Positions 59,979 to 64,000 of a stretch of DNA of 64,000 nucleotides are shown piece after piece. Positions within the stretch are counted from its first letter, which is position 1. Each line of letters starts with the position of its first letter. Below the pieces are notes generated by a model. It saw nothing but the letters and a program-made list of their open reading frames with translations. It was not told the DNA's origin and ran no database searches. The DNA comes from Oceanospirillaceae bacterium (GTDB lineage: Bacteria > Pseudomonadota > Gammaproteobacteria > Pseudomonadales > Balneatricaceae), in assembly GCA_024640955.1 (NCBI GenBank), contig JAHEDZ010000001.1, forward strand, positions 21,393 through 85,392, written 5' to 3'. The position numbers and the translations under genes are program-made.

Positions 59979-60666
59979 TGCCGAGTTTAGTTACCGCATC
60001 GAGCGTAGCCCCCGTCGCCGCACCGTCAGTATTCAGATTGATGCAGGTGAAGTGGTTGTGCGTGCACCCACCTCTGCCGATACCCTGTGGATTGATGGTT
60101 GGGTGCAGAGCAAAGCCGAATGGATATATCCGCGCCTCAGGCGCCAGCAGGCCGATCTCGAAAGACATCAGATAGACCCGAGCACCGGCCAGATTAAGCT
60201 CTTTGGTAACGCCTTTAGACTGGTACCCTCAGCGGTGCGGCGCACAGCGAGCGAGGCGGTTGATCTACACCAGCGGGTGATTCACCTGTCTGGACGCGAG
60301 AGCTTCAGTGACCCCGTAAAGTTAGAGCAGCGCCTCAAAGCGGTGCTTAAAGAGGCGGGTAAAACTTTTCTGGAGCCCTACACCCAGCAGATCGCTGAAC
60401 GTACAGGCTTGAGGCCTGCGACTGTTCATGTGCGTAGCTACAGACGTAAATGGGGCCAGTGCAGCTCTCGCAAGGAGATCACGCTGAACTGGCGAATTCT
60501 ACATTTACCGACCACACTTCAAGAGTACGTAATTGTGCATGAACTCTGTCATCTAAAGCAGATGAATCACAGCGCTGTATTCTGGGATCTGGTGGCGCAG
60601 CACTGTCCGGACTACGTACAGAGGCGCGAACAGCTGAAACAGTACGGCGCCTGTCTGATGTGGTGA
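59956..60666 (+). CDS. YgjP-like (DUF45/M48-related) metal-dependent hydrolase
   Basis: 236 aa. RRKWGQCS...I.LNWRL and the HELCHL zinc motif. Confidence 0.8.
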   Translation: MQVQLADNAEFSYRIERSPRRRTVSIQIDAGEVVVRAPTSADTLWIDGWVQSKAEWIYPRLRRQQADLERHQIDPSTGQIKLFGNAFRLVPSAVRRTASEAVDLHQRVIHLSGRESFSDPVKLEQRLKAVLKEAGKTFLEPYTQQIAERTGLRPATVHVRSYRRKWGQCSSRKEITLNWRILHLPTTLQEYVIVHELCHLKQMNHSAVFWDLVAQHCPDYVQRREQLKQYGACLMW

Positions 60667-60769
60667 GGCTTGGAGCACTTCGCAGCGGTAAACGTTGAGA
60701 GTTTCGCTCGGAGCCGTTCATGAGCCTTTATCGCAGTATCGAAAAAACCTTCTTCAACAGTCTGAACAA

Positions 60770-61007
60770 GATGATCGCTAAGAATCATTGTCTCTGGAAT
60801 GGTCACAAAACCGGGAACCCGCTTCTCTTCACCCCGCTCTGACAGGGTGGTGTAAACGCTGAGAATGAGTTCGCCGGAGTCATCTTCGGCCATCAAGTTA
60901 AGGTCAGAGGCCGCGCCGCTGCCAAGCAGTTCTTAACCGACAACGCGCTACTCATGGTCGAAGATAGGTTGGCGAACAAGCAGTACCTGTGAGTTTGCAG
61001 CGGTCAT
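60770..61007 (-). pseudogene. Remnant of an EAL(+HDOD)-type gene: N-terminal fragment with two in-frame stops
   Basis: Minus strand from the ATG at 61007: MTAANSQVLLVRQPIFDHE*RVVG*ELLGSGAASDL...GFVTIPETMILSD. This follows the [AV]RQPI.D.....VGYELLFR N-terminus. TAG at 60948-60950 and TAA at 60933-60935. No downstream EAL core. Confidence 0.45.
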
Positions 61008-61105
61008 GAGTCTATTCCATCGGAGCTGATAAAATGAGTATAGATCAGAAGTCGCGCAACGGCTGAGCTGGTATACTGCGCGCTGGATTATTTTTCAGGT
61101 TAGTT

Positions 61106-62050
61106 ATGGAACGGATTAACTGGTTCCCCGGCCACATGCATAAAGCCCGTAAAGAGATTGCGGAGCTGATCGCTGAGGTCGATATTGTCATTGAGGTGCT
61201 TGATGCGCGCCTACCGCGCTCAAGTGAGAACCCACTGGTCGAAAAGCTGCGCCGAGGCAAACCGGTGCTCAAACTACTCAACAAAGCCGACCTTGCCGAC
61301 CCTGAGGTGACACAGCTCTGGCTCGATGAGTTTAATGCGCAGCAAGATATTACGGCGATTGCTCTGACGACAGCTGATAAAGCGGCAGTTAAACGCATCC
61401 CGCAGTACTGTAAGCAGGCTGTACCGGCGCGTGCCGATAAAGATCGTCCGGTGCGTGCCATGATTATGGGTATTCCCAACGTCGGTAAGTCGACACTGAT
61501 TAATGCGCTCTTGGGTCGCAAGATCGCTAAAGTGGGCAATGAGCCGGCTGTCACGAAAGCGAACAAACGCTACTCTGAGTTTCAAGGCCTGGTGTTGTCG
61601 GATACGCCAGGGATTCTCTGGCCGAAGATCGAAGATCAGGATTCGGGCTACAGACTGGCCGTGAGCGGCGCAATCAAGGATACGGCGATCGACTACGATA
61701 TGGTGGCTGTTTACGGGGCCAGCTTTATTTTGCAGACCTATCCCGAGCGCCTCCAGGAGCGCTACAAGCTCAAGGAGCTGCCGGAAACCGGTGAAGGGCT
61801 GTTGGACGCTATCGGTCGTAAACGGGGTTGTCTGCGCCCAGGTGGTGTGGTGGATATCCACAAGGCTGCAGAGATTTTAATGAACGAGATGCGCTCGGGT
61901 AAGTTAGGCCGTATCACTTTTGAGCAGGTTGAAGAGTGGCGCGAGAAAGATCGGATCGCTGCCGAGATTGCCGCCGCTGAAGCGGAAGCTGCGGCTGCAG
62001 AGGCTGCGCTCAAACAGACGGAAAACCGCTCGGACAGACGCTCCCGCTAG
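61106..62050 (+). CDS. ylqF: Ribosome biogenesis GTPase A (YlqF/RbgA)
   Basis: INWFPGHM.KA, circularly permuted G motifs (LNKADL then GIPNVGKSTLIN, DTPG). Ala/Glu-rich C-terminal tail. Confidence 0.9.
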   Translation: MERINWFPGHMHKARKEIAELIAEVDIVIEVLDARLPRSSENPLVEKLRRGKPVLKLLNKADLADPEVTQLWLDEFNAQQDITAIALTTADKAAVKRIPQYCKQAVPARADKDRPVRAMIMGIPNVGKSTLINALLGRKIAKVGNEPAVTKANKRYSEFQGLVLSDTPGILWPKIEDQDSGYRLAVSGAIKDTAIDYDMVAVYGASFILQTYPERLQERYKLKELPETGEGLLDAIGRKRGCLRPGGVVDIHKAAEILMNEMRSGKLGRITFEQVEEWREKDRIAAEIAAAEAEAAAAEAALKQTENRSDRRSR

Positions 62051-62071
62051 AGTTTTAGATAGAGATTTAAT

Positions 62072-62386
62072 ATGACACGTTTGAAGAAACAGCGCCGTAT
62101 GGCAAACAAAATTGTCCTGGATAAGACGCCCAAAAAACAGGAGCGCCTAGCAGATCCAGATAGCTATGAGAGCCGCAAGCAACGCGCGATGGCGAAAAAG
62201 AAGAAGCATCAATCGGTGGAGCAGAAACGCATCAATGCTAAAGCGACCAAATCCGCGATAGAGCGTGATACTGAAGCGGGGCGCCGCGGCGAGCGCCAGG
62301 GTGGGCGCCTAGCGGAGAAGATCCGCAACCTCAATGCCCAGAAGCGTGACGAAGATCAGACTAACAGCGACGACAGTGCCGAGTAA
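62072..62386 (+). CDS. Hypothetical highly charged Lys/Arg-rich protein
   Basis: 104 aa with no hydrophobic core. Its stop overlaps the next gene's start (TAATG). Confidence 0.5.
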   Translation: MTRLKKQRRMANKIVLDKTPKKQERLADPDSYESRKQRAMAKKKKHQSVEQKRINAKATKSAIERDTEAGRRGERQGGRLAEKIRNLNAQKRDEDQTNSDDSAE

Positions 62387-63576
62387 TGAGTCAACTACCG
62401 CAACAGGTTGATGTTGTCGTTATAGGTGCTGGCGCTTCGGGCCTAATGTGCGCAATCACTGCCGGCTATCGTGGTCGCTCTGTGCTGCTGCTCGAGCACT
62501 CCAACAAGGCGGGCCGTAAAATCCTGATGTCCGGCGGTGGGCGTTGTAACTTTACCCACATGTTCTCAACACCGGCCAATTTTCTCTCGAGTAATCCGCA
62601 CTTCTGTAAGTCCGCACTGAGCCGCTACAAGCCGCAGGACTTTGTCGATATGGTCGACCGTCACGGAATCGACTACCACGAGAAGACGCCGGGGCAGCTC
62701 TTCTGTGATATCTCCTCTAAAGAGATATTGCAGATGCTACTGACCGAGGTGGACTGGGCGGGGGTGCAGCTAGAGATAGGCTGTGCGATTGAACAGATCG
62801 AGCCCCAAGGTGGGGGCTATCAGGTCGCTACAGCCCTTGGAGTGGTGGGGTGCAAATCACTAGTGATCGCCACTGGAGGGCTCTCTATACCTAATGGCGG
62901 TGCGACCGGTTTTGCCTATGAGTTGGCTGAGCGGTTCGGTATGGCGGTCACCGATCGGCGCGCCGCGCTGGTTCCCTTTACGCTCCAGCCCGATCTGTTG
63001 ACACCGCTCAAAGAACTCTCCGGTGTGGCGCAGCCGGCAAGGGTCAGCTGTGACGGCATGAGCTTTAAAGAGCCGATTCTATTTACTCACCGCGGTATCA
63101 GTGGCCCTTCGGTGCTGCAGATTTCATCCTATTGGACGCCGGGATCGACCGTCGAGATAGATCTCCTACCTGATCTAGATTTGGCTGAGTTGCTGAAAAC
63201 TCAGCGCAGCGAACATCCGCGCTGGAGCCTTGAGCGAAGCCTGAGTGAGCACATGAGCAAGCGAACCGCTCAGATTCTCTGTGATTTGTGGCAGCTCTCC
63301 GGTGAGCTTGGGCAGTTAAGCAATGAGCGTATCGATGAGATCGCGACGGCGTTGAAGCAGTGGCAGGTGAAGCCCTCGGGGACTGAAGGGTATCGCACCG
63401 CTGAAGTGACCATCGGTGGCATTGAGACCGACGAGGTCTCGCAGAAGACGTTTGAAGCCAAGAAGGCGCCTGGCCTCTACTTTATCGGTGAGTGCCTTGA
63501 TGTTACCGGCCACCTGGGTGGTCATAACTTCCAGTGGGCCTGGGCCAGTGGCTACTGCTGTGGCCAGGCGGTGTAG
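62386..63576 (+). CDS. NAD(P)/FAD-dependent oxidoreductase, YhiN/HI0933 (BaiN-like) family
   Basis: VVVIGAGASGLMCA, ILMSGGGRCNFTH and GGHNFQWAWASG motifs. Confidence 0.88.
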   Translation: MSQLPQQVDVVVIGAGASGLMCAITAGYRGRSVLLLEHSNKAGRKILMSGGGRCNFTHMFSTPANFLSSNPHFCKSALSRYKPQDFVDMVDRHGIDYHEKTPGQLFCDISSKEILQMLLTEVDWAGVQLEIGCAIEQIEPQGGGYQVATALGVVGCKSLVIATGGLSIPNGGATGFAYELAERFGMAVTDRRAALVPFTLQPDLLTPLKELSGVAQPARVSCDGMSFKEPILFTHRGISGPSVLQISSYWTPGSTVEIDLLPDLDLAELLKTQRSEHPRWSLERSLSEHMSKRTAQILCDLWQLSGELGQLSNERIDEIATALKQWQVKPSGTEGYRTAEVTIGGIETDEVSQKTFEAKKAPGLYFIGECLDVTGHLGGHNFQWAWASGYCCGQAV

Positions 63577-63577
63577 A

Positions 63578-63763
63578 CTAGCTCTTGCGCGAGCTAAAGC
63601 CCAGTACAGTGTACAGCGGGCAGAAGTTAACTAGCCCGGTTACTAGTGGCACGATGCCGATGTAGCCCCACATAGGCAGTGCGCCCGTAGCGGCCGCAGC
63701 GATTAGCGCCGCACCCAGAACGACTCGTAGAATTTTATCGATACCGCCAACATTCAATTTCAT
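63578..63763 (-). CDS. DUF2892 (YgaP C-terminal-like) small membrane protein
   Basis: 61 aa. D.ILR...G..L...... and the G..FCPLY motif across two TM helices. Confidence 0.75.
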   Translation of the reverse strand: MKLNVGGIDKILRVVLGAALIAAAATGALPMWGYIGIVPLVTGLVNFCPLYTVLGFSSRKS

Positions 63764-63901
63764 AGTGCACGCTTCCTTTTATGATCTGTCTTAATCATAG
63801 CGCTATTTTGTCGAGGCGGAAGCACAATTTTGAACTAAGCTGGAGTTAGCTTATTACCGTCCTATCGTCGCAATGGTCACGGCTCAGGGGGTAAGAACTT
63901 T

Positions 63902-64000
63902 TTGCGCTCGGTCTGGCTATTATCGGCACTCGCTCTATCACTAGTACTACCGGCTTCGCCTGCACATGCCGAAAAAGATGTGCTTCTCCTGCTGCGTGGA
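63902..64000 (+). CDS. Possible 5' end of a secreted protein running off the window
   Basis: The frame from a TTG at 63902 reads (M)RSVWLLSALALSLVLPASPAHA/EKDVLLLLRG, which is signal-peptide-like. No ATG is available, so this is weak. Confidence 0.25.
   Translation, partial: MRSVWLLSALALSLVLPASPAHAEKDVLLLLRG

Overview
This looks like a chromosomal core region of a marine-type gammaproteobacterium. The evidence is Syd, Rmf, TtcA, EpmC and RlmL, plus tRNA-Asp and tRNA-Val genes that match my recollection of the E. coli sequences closely. It is densely coded on both strands, and I saw no prophage, integrase, transposase or CRISPR array. Main blocks: (1) a thiosulfate-oxidation set, soxCD-soxXYZA plus an unknown periplasmic gene. 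soxB lies about 3.7 kb away on the other strand, separated by a CheB/CheR fusion gene and a membrane-anchored cytochrome c. (2) A copper-chaperone trio (PCuAC, Sco, unknown). (3) An alternating tRNA-Asp/tRNA-Val array with one decayed tRNA-Asp copy. (4) A same-strand five-gene photosensory string: BLUF, EAL, heme oxygenase, a sensor-less hybrid kinase, and a bacteriophytochrome with HWE kinase and receiver. This is the most interesting locus in the window. (5) A MoxR/DUF58/transglutaminase triad. The rest is housekeeping: dinB, aroA, recQ, ttcA, pdxB, htpX, alaA, msrB, nadK, pepN, ribE, pyrD, rmf, rlmL, amt, slyD, ylqF. Structure outside the genes includes a family of intergenic palindromic mosaic repeats (4 clear copies and 1 degenerate) with a hairpin that covaries between copies. 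There are also three decayed genes and an amt leader carrying a sigma-54 -24/-12 motif and NtrC-like palindromes. All family assignments come from reading motifs in the supplied translations; no database search was run.
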